From Vicugna vicugna (lineage: Eukaryota), in NCBI GenBank assembly GCA_013265495.1, contig MU058198.1, forward strand, positions 508,419-572,418: a stretch of DNA of 64,000 nucleotides, given 5' to 3'. Shown in pieces: positions 1-15,200 of this stretch. The notes below the pieces were generated by a model. The model saw nothing but the letters and a program-made list of their open reading frames with translations, made no database searches and was not told the origin of the DNA. Both the position numbers and the translations under genes were made by a program. Position 1 is the first letter of the stretch. Each line of letters begins with the position of its first letter.

Positions 1-101
1 CTTGTTCTCTTATAAAAACATGCTCTATCTTCAGCACCATATTTTAAAATGCCATTATTCTGCTAAAGGGAAAATAAATTCCATTTATTTTTTGTCTGCA
101 G

Positions 102-201
102 GACAAAAGTTAATCGCATCGCTGATACCCATGACATCTAGAGACAGAATTAAAGCCATCAGGAATCAGCCAAGGACCATGGAAGAAAAAAGGAACCTTA
201 G
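102..201 (+). CDS. TMC5: TMC5 coding exon ([34 protein letters not shown])
   Basis: Acceptor tttgtctgcag; donor ag|gtatgg; 100 nt. Confidence 0.92.
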
Positions 202-3200
202 GTATGGACCAAGAGCTTTTCTTCTTGCCCATGATTTCATGCAAACCTCAAGATCAGTCAAGGTTAGCATCCCTAGAATTAAGTCACGTGATCAGAAGGA
301 CACCCTCCCCCTCTGTGGTACTCTCGCCTAAAACCTGCAACCCCAGTCTACCCAGAGAAGAAAATCAGGCAAACCCCGATTGAGGGACATTCTACAAAGT
401 ACCTGAGCAGTATTCCTCAAAACTGTCAAGGTCATCAAAAAGAAGGAAAGACTGAAAAACGGTCACAGACTAGAGGGTTCTAAAGAGACAGGACAACCAA
501 TGCAGTGTGGTATCGTGGATGGGTCTTGGAAGAGAAAATGGGCATTGGTGGAAAAACTAATAAAATCAGAACAGCCTGGAGTTCAGGAAAAAGTAATACA
601 CCAATGCTGGTTTCTTAGTTCTGACAAATCTACCATGGAAATGTAAGATGTTAGTGGGGAAATGAAATGCTGAGCAGTAGATGGGACGTTTCTGTACTCT
701 TTTTGGTATCTTCTCTGTATGTCTCAAAATACTCATAAAAAAAAAAAAGAAAGCAAAATTCCAAGACGACACAACCCCAGCAGCTTTCTAACTAACCCCA
801 GAAGTCCAAAAACAAGAATGGGAGGTGTTTAAGCCTTCATACCTTCTTACATTTATGTTTCCTCAACCCTTTCTTTTTCCTTTTGCAATTTGTAGTAGTT
901 GGCAGAAACGAGTAGAGTGGATACAATTGCTAACAAATAATCCAACAATGCAATTGTTCTGAGGTTGCAAAGCTAACTTTGAAAGTCTGGACAGGGAGAC
1001 AGATTGATCAACAAGTAATTTATAAATGACAGAAAGAAAATCCGGCCACACCAAGGTAGAAGGAGATGGCAGTGGGAGGACTAGAAGAAAAGATAACAAT
1101 CTGCTTGAGCAAAACAGGAGGACAGCTGAGCTGAGCCTTGGAAGATGGTGATGTGGGGGTGGGCCTTTGTGGGGGACCAGATAGAGCCAGGGAAGGGCCA
1201 GAGCAAAGGAGATGTGATGAGTTCATGGAAAGGTAGAGAGACCGACCACGGATAGATCTTTCTGAAAACACTCTTTCAAACTCTGCACGGCTCCCTCTGT
1301 CACAGAGTAAGGGCCTTATGATGGCCCAAAAGACATCACAGCACGGTTTGCAGCCTGACATTTGGGGCTGGGTGATTCTGTGCTGTGGAGGCTGCTCTGT
1401 GCATTGTAAGATGTGTAGTAGCATCTGTGGTCTCTCTCACTAGATGCCAGAGATACCCGCTCTGTCCCCAGTTTTACAACCAGTGGAGTCTCCAGACATT
1501 GCCAAGTGTCCCTGGGGGGGCAAAATCTCCCAGGTTGAGAGCTGCTCACTTGCAGGACCCCCCACCCACCCATGATTGTTCCACTCTTCACCCTGCCCCC
1601 TGCTCATTCCATTCCAGTCATCCTGGCCTCCTTGGGGCTTCTTATTGGCTGTTCCAGACATTCCCTTATCCATAGACTAACCCAGTGACCAACCAAACTT
1701 GGGTCCGCCTGCCTGAGTGCAGTAAAGCCACTCCATTGACAGGGTTGTGGTGAAGGACAGTGTAGTGTTTACTGCAGGGCGTCAACCAAGGAGTCCAGGC
1801 AGCTGGTGTTTAAAAGACCTGAATTCCCCGATGGCTTTCAGGGTAAACTTTTTAAAGACAGGGTGAAGGAGGAGGGCTGTGGAGTGCGTGATCAGCTCAT
1901 GGACATTCTTCTGATTGGTGGGAGGTGAGGTAATCAGGAGCCAACATCATTGACCTTCTGGTTCCCACCAGCCTGGGGACCACGTGCCTGTGCGCAGCAT
2001 ACAGCTAACTTCTTCCACCTGTGGGGTTTTCTGTATCTGCAAAACAGCTCAAAGGACACGGCTCAGATTATTATCTAGAGCCTTTGAGGAGGAACTAAAT
2101 GTCCTTGACTTTATTTATTGGCTAAACTATTACTATTGTGTCTTATTTGGCTGTTTTCCTTTCTTTCTGTATTTTTTCACTTCTCAGATTAAATGTATTC
2201 TTTGGAACTCAGGGAAGACCTTGGAGGCTAAAGGTTTTCTATAGATAAGAGGCAGGCAGAGGACATGATGTGGGGGGAGTCTATCTTGGGCAGTTTCCAT
2301 AGGGTCTTCCTCGGTTATAATCCCTCCTCTCCTTCAAGACTTTGCTCAAATATGGCGCCATCCCAAACTGTAACATGGTCCTCACCCTAGCATTTCTCAT
2401 CTCCTTACTCTGCTCTGTTTTTCCCTTTTTCTTTCCCGTAGTATACATCACCTTCGATCATCCAGTACCACTCACCCACTTTAGTATATTTATTGTTTAT
2501 TTTCTTTCTCTTCCAACTGGGATGTCTCCTCCACGAGCTAAGGAAATCCATCTCTATCTCACCAACTGGGATGGTGCCTGGCACGTTGCAGGCGCTCAGG
2601 AAATATTTGGGGAATGAATGATTGCAGCATTGGTGTCTCTCACTTTTCTTCTACCATTTCCCACAGGAAAATGGTTGACAGGGAGAAAAGCAAGCAGCCT
2701 CGTGGTGTCCTGGACTTCCACTGCTGTGCTCAGGGTCTGAGCTCCATTGCCCTGGTAAGTCTGTCCTGACTGCGATCAAGAAATGGACACAGCGTAGGGT
2801 GAAGGCAGGGAGGTGGGAGAGTGCGGGTGAGAGGGGACCCACAGGGAAGAGGAACCAAATCAGGGCTCTTTCATTGAAAGATGTAGGAGTTGGGTCAGTC
2901 TAGGTGCAGGGGGACGCCAGGTAGGAGTGGGCAGGTCTAAGAGGTTGCTGCGTTATCTGGGCAACTTAGCCACTGCAAGTGTCACTTTCAACGGCAAACC
3001 TGGGAAGGTAATAAATAATAGCACTCACCTTAGGGGGTGGTCCTGCAGGTTAAAGGACATAACGTTTATAAACGCATTTGGCACGGTGCCTGGCGCGTGG
3101 AACCGCTCTGGAAACGGCGGCCGTTGTTGCTATTATGAGACCTGCTCAGTAGACATTTATTGAGGGGTTGTCACGCCGCACACTCTGTGTCTACCCACCC

Positions 3201-6200
3201 CCAGGCGTACCGGAGAGCCAAGAGCAGCCTGTCAGAGCTGCTCAGTTCCATCAGCCTGTGGCAGAAGACACTCAAGGTCATCGGAGGCAAGTTCGGCACC
3301 AGCGTCCTCTCCTATTTCAACTTTCTCAGGTGGCTTTTGAAGTTCAACATTTTCTCCTTCGTTGTGACCTTCAGCTTCATCATAATCCCTCAGTTAACTG
3401 TGGCCGAAAAGAACAACCTCCAATTCACTGGACTGGAATTTTTAACCGGGGCGGTAAGTTCTCCATCTTCCCCATCCAGAGTTCACCATCTCGGAAACCC
3501 ACGTTCACGCCTGCCAGTTACCCTTCCAAGCCTCTCATTTTGCCTGAGAGACAACGAGGAAAGTGGGGATTTAAAATGTTTTCCTTTACCCCCAAATAAC
3601 GTATACACAGTGTAGCAGAATTTCTGTCTCCCAAGGTAACCAGAGTTACCACAGGTTAACAGTTTTTATTGCCCAGAATCCTCTCCTTTGCATACATATG
3701 GACACATTATACATGTACATATGCATCTTTTTAAACAAAAATGAATTATTTGTATACTACATCTGACTTGCCTTCTTCCACCTAAGATGTGTTGACATCT
3801 CATACTAGTGTTCATGGACCTACCTTTTCTTTCTTTTTTATGCTTCTTTCTGCAAAATACAATGCTCCTTAAAAAAAAAATCCTAGCATAGGAGAGAACA
3901 AACTAAGGAAAGTTTGTTACTAACTCTCCAGTTTGGAGTGTATCTTTGTGCACCATTTTTTTTCCTGTACAGTCATAGATAGATATATAGATACACCTAG
4001 ATATATAGCTAGATAGATAGTTAAACATTTTTAAAAAATGAAACAAAAAGAGGATAGGATGTAATAAGTCTTGCTTTGCAACATTTTTTGCTTTACTCTG
4101 TATCTAGACCATGGACATGCATCCACATTATTCTTTTTAATAACAACCACAGTGTATTTACCCAGCTCCCTATGAAGCATATAGCCCCTGCCTTGTGAGT
4201 TTACTTTCTAGAAGAGATTTCCACCATTGAGATTCTGTAGATGGACAAACTACTGCCCAAGGGGTAAATCTGGCCTGCCACCTGTTTCTGTATAGCCTGC
4301 AAAATATGATTCATTTCTACGTTTTTAAGTAGTTGGAAAAAAATGGAAAGAAGAATCACATTTTGTAAAACATGAAAATTATATGAAATGCAAATTGCAG
4401 TGCCTGTAAATCAAATTCTTTTGGAACATAGGCACACCCATTTGTTTATGTATCCGTGCTGCTTTCCTACTAGACAGCGGAGCTGAGTGGCTGTGGGCCC
4501 GTCAGGTCAAAGACCTTTACTATCTAGCTCTTTACAGAAAAAATTTGCTGATTATCGCAGTAGAATGTTCAAAGTGAAGTTCATCCATTTCTCTTTTTGT
4601 TGTTGTTGTTAAAAAAATTTTTTCCCTTGGAATAGATGCATTAAAATGCAATTGTGTCCATTTCTCCTTCATTTTTTCTCATTATTATGTCTATTTTGTG
4701 TTTTTGTATATATGAAACATTTTATTATGAAAATTCTCGAAGTTATAGGAAAATAAAGGGTAGTAAAATAAACACCCATGGACCCACTACATAGATTTTA
4801 AATTGTTAGCATTTTGCCAAATTTGTTTTAGCTTATCATCTTTTGAAGCATTTTACAGTAAATATCAGACATCAGAACGTATCTGGCTCAGTGTCTTTAA
4901 CGTGCATCTCTGAGCAATAAGGACCCTTTTCTGCAGTCACTATACATTATGACACCCAGGAATGTGAAGAGTTAATGTCTAAATTCCAGGTCACATTCAG
5001 ATTTTCCCAGTTGTCCCCAAAATGTCTTTCTTAGCTTCTTGTTCAGACCAGGATCCAAGCAAAGACCACACCTTGCATTCAGTTGTTTTTCTCTGAAGCC
5101 TCTGTTAATCTAGAATGGTCTCCCCAGAGTCCCTGCGCCTTTTTTTCTTGACATTGGCTTGTTGTTGCAGAAACCAGGCCAGCTGTCAGGCAGATTCCAA
5201 TGTCCTACCTCCTGCACTTGTCTGATTGTTTCCCCAGGGTCTCCCTAATTTGTTCCTCTAATTTATACAGGCCTCTTATTTCCTGTAAATTGAAATTTAG
5301 ACGTAAAGGCTTGATGTTTTTTCATTTTAAACATGTTTGACCATAATGCTTATGATAGATGACAGAGGCATGTAACAGCTGGCTGTCTTGTTTTTGGCTA
5401 TGCTTCCATGCTTGGTCACCGGGTCCAGGGTGTGACCGCTGGGTCCCTCCATTGTAAAGTTATGTTGGTTTGAGAGTACTTTGCACATCTAAGAGCCTCA
5501 TGATAAAGCGTCTAGGTTCTCAGTGGCCTTGGGTGCCACTTTCTTGCAAAGAAAGTGTCTAAACTGACCGGTGCAAGCTTCTCGCATAACGGAAGAGGTC
5601 AACTGTGCGGGCCATAGTCATTCATTTTTTTCTCAAGACACCCGCCTGATCTAGCGTTTACTGTGCCTTTCAGGGTTATTTTAGTGACACAGTGATGTAC
5701 TACGGCTTTTACACCAACTCTACGATCCGGCACGGGAACGGTGGGGCGTCCTACGACATGCAGCTGGCCTACATCTTCACAGTCGGAGTGTGTTTGGTCA
5801 TCTGCTTTTTCAGTTTGCTGTTCAGGTATGGCGTGTCTGCATTTCCTGATTCTAAGCTCTTTTTTTAGATCTAAGCAAAATTCAAGAGACTCAAAAGTTA
5901 CCTGGGGAACGGTTTCTCTGCAAGTTCAACTTTCAGTTGCTATCTGATCGTTCCTTGTTTGATTAGAGGAAGAGAGGTTTTCAGGTGCTTTTAAAGAAAC
6001 TGGTCATTCTGAAAATACAGATGCAATGACTCAGCCAATATGATGGACAGCCGTCAATTGACAATTGTCAAAGAGGAGGTACGATGTTCTATCTCTGTAA
6101 AGTCATGGACTGGGGAGCTTAAACAACAGAAATGTATTTTCTCAGGTTCTGGAGGCTAGAAATCCGAGATCAAGATGCCAGCAGGGCTGGTTTCTTTTGA

Positions 6201-9200
6201 GGCATCTCTCCTTGCTTGCAGATGGCCACCTTCTTGTGGGTCCTCACGTGATCTTCCCTCCAGTGAATGCACCTTAATTTCCTCTTCTTAGAAGGACACC
6301 AACTATTTGGATTAAGGCCCACTTTAACTTAATTACCTCTGTAAAGACCCTATCTGCAAATACTGTCACTTTCTGAGGTCCTAGGGATTAGAATGTCAAC
6401 ATATTAATTTTTAAGGGATACAGTTCAGCCCATAATAACCTCACTGCCAGCACGATAATCCAAAATAAAACAAGATTTTGTTTTGTCCGATCAAACTAGG
6501 AATTGTTTCTTAAGCTGGTATTATCCAGTGGTGGCAAATTTTGGGAAGGTAGTGTTCCTTTTACTGAGCACTTTTTACAGGCCAGGCTCAGTACCAAGTC
6601 CTTCCTGGGCCTGGTTTCACGGAGCCCCGCTGACATCTCTGTGGTAGTAACGGCTGCCTTTATCGAGTGCTCACTGCGCTAAGTGCTGCACTGGCTCTTG
6701 TGGTGGGCTGAGTAGTGCCCCCCACCTTTCAGAGGTGTCCAAGTCCTGCTCCCCAGAACCTGTGAGTGTGCTGCCTTACCTGGCAAAAGGGGTTTTGCAG
6801 ATGTAATTAAGTTAAGGATCTACAAATGGGCCAGTACAGTCACAAGATTACTTAAGAGTGAGAGGCAGGAGGATCAAAGTCAGAGAGAGAGAGAGTGGAA
6901 GTTGCTACCCTCCTGGTTTTAAAGATGGAAGGGGCCACAAACCCAGGGAATGCAGGCAACCTCTAGGAGCTGGAAAAGGCAGGGGAACAGTCCCCTCTGA
7001 AGCCTCCAAAGGGAACACAGCTCTGCCACTCCCTTGATTTTAGACCCATTTTCTGACTGTTGACCTCCAGGAAGCATAAATATGTGTTATTTTAACCCAG
7101 TGAGTTTGGGGCAGTTTGTTATAGCCGCATGGAGAAACTAACACAACTCTCACGATAACTCTGTGAGGTGTGAACTGTTATTACCCCCATTATATAGATG
7201 TGGAACCTGAGGGTCAGAACAGTTAAAATGACAAAACTCCCCAGCTGGTAATCTAGGATTATAGATCCCAAAGCCAGTGCTCTTAACTATTATATTTGCT
7301 TTGCACTATTCCAGAAGAACTCGGGGCTAACTCTTCCATGTTGCCTTTCACTGTTTATGGTAAGACTTTCCTTTGTTTTAATTCCTGCACTCCCCATGCC
7401 TGTCCTAATTACCTTTGGGTATTCTGGTTTTTGCCTTCCCCAGCATGGCCAGGTACTTCCGGAACAACTTCATTAACCCCCACATTTACTCCAGAGGGAT
7501 TGCTAAACTCATTTTTTGCTGGGACTTCACCGTCACTCACCAAAGTGCTGTAAAACTGAAACAGAAGAATCTGAGCACAGAGATCAGGGTAAGGAGACTT
7601 AGCTTCATCCTGCCCCTGCAAGACCAGTCTTCTTTCCACCTTCAGGATGTCTGTAGCTTTTCGTAAAGTAATAATGAATTACTTTTTATTCCCCATGACA
7701 TTGGGGAAAAAAATCCAAAACTAAAAATACTTTAAATGCCCAGGGCTGATGATGGTGTAGGGAAATGGACATTTTCACGTGACATGGTGGCTTTGTTATT
7801 GGTACAAGCTTGCTGGAGGGCAGTTTGGCAATTTGTATCCTGATCTTTTTTTATCTTGGCCTCACAGTTCCAGGTTTAAAATTTTATCCAGTGGTTTTCA
7901 ACTCGGGGCAGTTTGCAACTTGGGACATAAGGAAGCATCTGGAGGCTTTTTTGGTGCTTACGACTGGGAGCAGGTGTCCACTGGCACTTAGTGGGTGGAA
8001 GAGGCCAGGGATGCTGCTGAATGTCCTGCAGTGCACAGGACAGCCCCCGCCGCCAACACAGAATTATTGGCTGAGATGTCAATAGTGCCAATGTTGAGAA
8101 ACCCTGGTCTATAGAAAAAAATATTTTTTTAAAAAAAGCAAGCAGAATTTATAAACAAAGTGGCTTTGACAAGATGATTGCATACGTTAACTTCTTCCCC
8201 GGTATAGAGACCTGGCCTTACTCTTCAAGCAGGGTCTGTGACCTCGGTCTGTGACCCCAAGAGCATCTCTGTTCCTCTGAGATGGAAATGGTGTTTAATG
8301 AGGTGATGGGGGTTCTTGCCCATTTGAGAGTTCCCCCCAGTCTCCTAATCCAAGTTTATCGTGAACTTCCCCCACCCTCTTTCCTGTGGATGTGTGTCTC
8401 TGGGAACAGCGAGTATTTATCTGAGTAGGGAGGATCTTTGCTGACAGTGGAAGAGGTCTGTGGGTGAACTTGACTTCCTTGTGTTTACAGGAGAACCTGT
8501 CAGAAATCCGTCAGGAGAGCATCAAGTTAACACTCAATCAGCAACTGGCCCGCTTCTGTGCCCACCTGGCAGCCTGGGTTGTCTCCACTGGGGTGGCTGT
8601 TGCCTGCTGTGTAGCTGTTTATTACCTGGCTGAGAACAACTCAAAGGTAACCAGGGAGGCAGGAGCTCCAGAGTACAGAGCATAGAGAAGCAGGTGATGG
8701 GACAGGATGCTGGAGTGGGAGAGTGGCGGAGAGCCCACCACTCAAGCCATGTCCATGGCCAGCAGCATCGGCACCAGCGGGAAGCTTGCTAAAAAAATGC
8801 AGAATCCTGGGTCCCTCCCTCCCGGCCCACGGACTCAGAATCTGCATCTTAGAAACATCCCCAGGTGATGTGTGTGCACACCTTAGAGTGGGAAGCTCTG
8901 GGCTGGCAGAGAGATGGGAACTTTGGCCGTGGACTTGGGATCTGGTTCTGGTTTCTTCCTTTATTATTATATCCCTAATACCTCTCATAGGCCCTGGCAC
9001 CGAATGTCTACTCAGTAAGTATTGTGAACTGATGGAATTGTTTGAACAATTGCCCATTGTTTGAACATCTGCCCTGTGCCAGGTGGGATCAGCCTTCTGC
9101 CAGCTCCAAGGCTCACATTCACTGGCAACTACCATTTCACATGAAGGGTGCCCCCAGCTGTGCTGTTTAGCAGCCCTGGGGCCAGATTTTCCCTTACTTG

Positions 9201-12200
9201 GTTTCACTTAATTCTTGCCACATCTCTGTGGGTTACATGATAATCTCCCCATCCCACAGATGGGGAAAGAGGCTCAGAGAAACTATGCGTCTGGCTCCAG
9301 ACCTTGTGGCTTATAAGCATGGGGAGGGGGCATCATTTGAACCCAGGTTACTCTGGCTCCAAAGTTGCGGCCCAAAGTGAGAGTAGTGCTTTCAACCCAT
9401 CCAGAGGTGGATGGAGGCAGGGTCAGGGCCTGGGAGTGGGGAATGGGGAATGGGGCATGGGACATCAGGTAAATCCCCTGGAATCTCTTACTCCAAGGCC
9501 ACCTGGCGGAGCGGCAGCCCAGGCTTCACTCCAGCCAAACGCCAGCGTGGTGTCCACATAAAGGCAGGGGCACTTCTCTAGCCCGGATGCAAAGGTGCAG
9601 CATGGGCTTGCAGGGCTCCCCGTCCCCTCAGCATCCAAGGATAGGCGAAGCCTGGTGAAGTGAACAAGGGCACACAGGAGATGGGAGGAGAAATTCCACG
9701 GTGATCAGTGCTCTTGTGCCATAGCTTCAGTAGATCAAGGTTTTGCTCCAACAACCAAGAGCACATTCGCATTTTCCCAGACTTTTTAGTGAAGAAAGTG
9801 AAGTCACAGGATGACTGTTGGAGCTCAGACCCCTGAGTCGGATGCACCTGGGTTTGAATCTGCCACTTCCTAGCTGAGTGACCCTGGGCAAGCATCTTCA
9901 CCTCTCTGAGCCTCAGGTTGCCCATCAGTTAATTCTGTTAACACCAGCTGGGTATAGTGAGGATTACAGCAATCATGTGGGTAGTTCTTGGCTCAGGATA
10001 AGTGCTGGACAAGTGGTACCTTAATAGCTAACCTCAGAGGAGCTACTTCACATCATGGGGGGTGGTCTTCTGAGGCAGAGAGGGGTCCAGTGCACAGTCA
10101 GCAATTTGATTCTCTCCCTCCATCCCCTGCAGTTCCTGGAGAACCACAGGGAACCCGGGGCGGTGCTGTTACTGCCTTTCGTTGTGTCCTGCATCAACCT
10201 GGCTGTGCCTCGCTTCTACTCCATGTTCAGGCTGGTGGAGCGCTACGAGATGCCGAGGCACGAAGTCTACATCCTCCTGATCCGGTGGGTGTGGCTGTCT
10301 CTCCCCACATCAGCCTCCCTCTTCAAGTAGGGAAATGGAATGCGAGCTAGAAAGGGTTACGCTCCAGTCTCAAAGTTCTGTTTTCCAGAAAGAATTTCAG
10401 GAGTAAAGTATGTTTTGATGGTGTGGGTTAATAGCCCCCAAATCCAAAAGGCCTTGAGAAAATACAGCTATTGAGTACATATGCCTTTTGCTCAGAGAAA
10501 TGTCTCATCTTTCCCAGTTGCTCCCAGCCTGAGGTTTAACACAGTTCTCAGTTATGAGGTATACAGATGCGCCGGTTGTGCACTGCACAAATGTTCTTGG
10601 CTAAGGAGTTGTGTGAGGGCTGATATCATCCAGTATTCCCAGGAGTCAAACTGAATCAGATTCCCAGTACCCACTGAATCAGCCAGGAGGAAGAGGTGCA
10701 TTTTTATAATTCAGCAACCCAAATGGAGATGGAGTGAGCCCTTTTGGCAATTCACTGGCTCCCACAAAAAGCACTGTATGTGCTAGAGGTGACCCCAAAG
10801 TTTTTATAAAGTATGAAACTACCCAAGTTGTGTTCTTATTGCTTCTTCCTGGCTAGTTCCCGGACCAGTTCCTGGTTACGCTGGTGTGTAGAATGATAAG
10901 GCTATACAATGAAGATCAACTTTCTTTTCTGATCAATTCCAGAGCCCTTGCCTTACCATGGCCTCTGAGATCTGGCTCCTGGCCAGCTTTCCAACTTAAT
11001 TTTCTACCCTCTCCCCTCCTTCCTCCATGTCCCCAGCCTCATCACCTTCTGATTGTTCACAAACATACCAGACTGCATTCCCACCTCTGGACCTTTGCAC
11101 TGGCTATTCCTTCTTCCTGGAATAGCATTTCTATGCTTATGTCTATGTTAATAGTTTCTTCATACAGATCTTACACATTTCTATTACCTTATATTTGTAA
11201 CAAGGTTATTAATTTTTTTAACATTTTTTAATTGAGTAATAGTCATTTTACAATGTTCTGTGAAATGTAACAAGGATATTTAAAACACATGTATATATTG
11301 TTTTATTGGAACAAATTTTATTGGAACGCAGCCACATCCATTGTTAACATATTGTCTGTGGCTGCTCTCCTGCTACACCTGCAGATTTGAGCAGTTGGGA
11401 CACAAACTGTATGATGTGCAAAGCCAAAAGTATTTCCTGTCTGGCCCTTCAGAGAAAAGATTGGCTGACTTCTAAGATTAGTGTTTAGAGTTAATCTATG
11501 TATGTATTATTCTCCTGAAGAAAAAAATCTTAGCAAGCCTTCATTTCTACCTACCCTTCACCTCTGGGTGCCTTCCGTCTATGGTTAGAAACAATTGGGC
11601 TTTTTAAAAATTTGTCGTTAAAAAATATATATATATATATGATTTGCCATTTTAATCACTTTAAGTGTACAATTCAGTGGCATAAAACAATTTTTAATTC
11701 TTTTTTTGTTGAAGTCATAAAGCGATTTTTTAAACATACACATTATCCGTAAGTTTCATTGGCTTCTTTGCTCACCGGTGTTTGTTAAATGTGTAAGAGA
11801 AGATGAGACATCCTTTTAGAGTAGATCTGGTGATGGTCCACTTTCTAAGTACTTCCGTGTTCCCACATATTTTTTATTTTGCCTTTCTACATGAAGGTGG
11901 GCTTGCGTGGGCCAAAGACTGTATTCTGACTACCTCTTCTGAGGTCTACAGGTGTTGCTTTGAGATTTTCTGACATTTAGCATGGTCAGATAATTACCCA
12001 GCTGCCCTTTCCAGACCCTTCGTATTGGCCATCTCTAAGCTCCAGGCATGCCTAGAATTACTGCCACCTCTGAGGCAGGCTTCTGCCGAATTTGTTTTAC
12101 TTACTTATTTTTAACAATTTTTACTGAAGTGTGGTGATTTACAATGCTAGTTTCAGGTGCCTAGCAAAGTGATTCAGTTCTTCATTGTTTCTTAAACTGC

Positions 12201-15200
12201 GGTTATCTCCAGTCTTACTTCTCCATCAACCCCCTTTCATTTTTTTATCTTTCTGTCCTTTATTTCTGCTTTCTGTATTCCATAAATTCCTCTGCACTTC
12301 TGGTCTGTTCATGGTGACTTTTTTTGTTCTCCACTGCTTTATAGATCGTCTAGCTTTTAACTCTGCTGTCATTTCAATAGAATTTGGAGGGAGAGGTGGT
12401 AGGTATGTATGCTCGGTGTGCCGTTTTGATCTAAACTGCTTTATTTAATTGGCATCTTTGCTGACCATGAAAGAAGTTAACTGTCTTTTAATGTATATTA
12501 GCCCTATGTGTTGTCTACATTCAGAGAAAATGGGAAATCTCAGAAATACACCATCATTCTGACTTACGACAAGCTTTTCCTGGCTTAGAAGAGTGTGTTT
12601 TCAAGTTTAACCTGGAGTTGCCCTACAGTAATGGTATATAAAGTTTTGACACCAATTCTGATGTGTGGGATTTTCCCCACACCATCAACAATTCTGATGT
12701 GTGGGATTTTCCCCACACCATCAACTAATTCTCCAGTACCAGCTGGGTGTCCTACAATTCAACTCAATTCTGACATGATCTACAGTGGAGACAGCACCAG
12801 GCCCCACAGGTTAAGGACTCCGTCCTAGGAGACCTCTCCTTCCTCCACTTCCAATGCCAGTTGCAAATCCATGTTGTCACCTGGCCTCCTGACTGATCAG
12901 CTATAGATCGGAGGTTCCAGTGACCCCCTCCTCAGGTTCGATTAATTTGCTGAAGCAGCTCACGTAACTCAGAGAAACACTTTACTTACTAGATTATGGG
13001 TTTATTATAAAAGAATATAACTCAGGGACTGACTGCCAGATAGAAGTGATGCAAAAGGCAAGAATGGGGATGGGGTGTGGAGTTCCCATGCTCCCTCCAA
13101 GAGCTCCACTCTCCCCAAATAGCCACCTGTTTACCAATCTGGAAGCTCTCTGAAGCCCTCTTGGGTTTTTATGGAGTCTTTATTACATCGGCAGAGATTG
13201 ATTAAATTATTGGTGATTGAACTCAACCTCCAGCACCTCTCTCCTCCCTGGAGGTGGTGGTGGGGGTGCTGAGGGGTGGAACTGAAAGTTCAGACCCTCT
13301 AATCACAGGATTGACTCTCATGGCAACCAGTCTCCGTCCTTAAGAGAACCAGAAGCTTCCCAATAGTCACCTCATTACAACAACATACACTTTGTTAGTT
13401 CTCCTCAGGAAATTCCAAGGGTTTTAGGAACTCAGTGCCAGAAAGGGAAAGAAGACCAAATCCATATTTCTTACAGTAAGTCACAATATCACGGTGTACT
13501 CTAGCATTAATCCAGTAGAGGGTCTACTATAAGCTAGGCATGGGGCAAGAGGTTGGGTGTCTGGCACCGAAAGACAGATCTGGTCCCTTCCTTCACAATG
13601 TTGTCAGGTTAGTGGCCCTCAACTTTTAGCATGCACCAGAATTACCTGGAAAAATTGCCGGGCCCCAGCCCCAGAGTTTCTGGTTCAGTAGATCTGGGTG
13701 GGGCTGGAAAACTTTCCTTTCTAACAAGTTTACAGATGATGCTGCTGGTCTGGGGACCAAACTTTGAGAACCACTGGTCTAGTGGCACATGATTCTTTGC
13801 ACACATTCCCTGCCACCCTAACCCTCAGTGGCTTAGCACACAAAGGTTTATTTCTTGTTCATGCTCCCTGTCCGTCATGGATTGGCAGGGGGTTTTGCTC
13901 ATGTTAGTCCCTCAGGGATCCAGGCTGAGACTGCAGCAACCATCTCAAATATTGCTGATCACCACTCCAGAGGAAAGACTGTGAGTCCTGAGGCTCTCAT
14001 TGGCATTTAAGTGCTCTAGCCTAGTAGTGACACACAGTGACACGCATCACTTCTGCTCACAACTCATTTACCAGAGCTAGCCATATGGCCCATTCGACCA
14101 CAAGGGGGCAAGAATCTCCATTCTACCCTGTGCCCCAAAGGAAACACTGGCCAAGAGCACTAATGACTTCCGTGGAGGGTAATGAGAGTTGTTTTCTCTT
14201 CTGTTGTTTAGAAACATCTTTCTGAAAATATCAATCATTGGAATTCTTTGTTACTATTGGCTCAACATCGTGGCCCTGGCTGGTGAAGAGGTGAGATTTC
14301 CTTGCTGTTTTGCCTTAAGTTTGATTTCTTAGCCTTTGACCACCAGGGAGGAAATGAGTTTCTTAAGTTTCAGAAGAGTTTCTGCTTAGAGTATTAGAAC
14401 AGATATCATGTTATTCTTCCATCCATCTGTCCATCTACTAGCCATTTATCCATCTACCCATCCATTCATCCATCCATCCCACAGTCTCTCCATCCATCCA
14501 TCCATCTATCCATCCCACGGTCTCTCCATCCATCCATCCATCTATCCATCCATCCATCCATCCATCCTTGGGCTGTACATCTGAAAATTTCCTCTCCTCA
14601 TTCAGCCAAATCTAAAAGCTCACAGTCCATCAGCTCATAGTACTGACTTCCTACAGAGGTAACTGATCCATCAGTTTCATAAACTGACTAATTCAACCTT
14701 CCAGATTGTACTAGTCTGCCAAACCTCTAGGCCACTTTCTTAATCAAGCAGATATTAACTGATTTTTCATAAAGTTAATAAGCAAAAGGAGTGGAGGCAT
14801 TGACACCTCCTGCTCCCCTTAGCTGAGAAATGGGATCCAGAGGGCATAGGACAAAGATGAAAAGTGTTAAAGAGGACAGGTAGTGAGATGGGAACATTTG
14901 GGCACATGAGAAAGGCAAGCCTTAATGGGGGAAGAAGGAGCACAGAAAGAGAATAAATACTCTTGAAAACAAACTCAGCCTAAAGATGCATTTCTGCTGA
15001 GAGTGGGTCTGCTTTTCTGGGCACACAAGGACTCACTCAAACTAAGCCAGCAGCCACGTCCTCACAACACAGGGTTGCCAGGCACAGACGGAAACTGAGT
15101 GGAGGCAACAGCCTCTTCCCACATCCCAACTCTTGTTTGCCTTCCAGTGTTGGGAAACCCTCATTGGCCAGGAGATCTACAGGCTCCTTCTGATGGATTT

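Noticed and set aside
8641..9207. 188-aa minus-strand ORF and 113-aa plus-strand ORF
   Set aside because: Intronic, span a MER5A-like remnant, and have no recognisable domain or splice support
12653..12724. 36-bp palindromic repeat resembling a CRISPR direct repeat
   Set aside because: Only two copies, no spacer, no cas genes, and it sits inside a mammalian LTR
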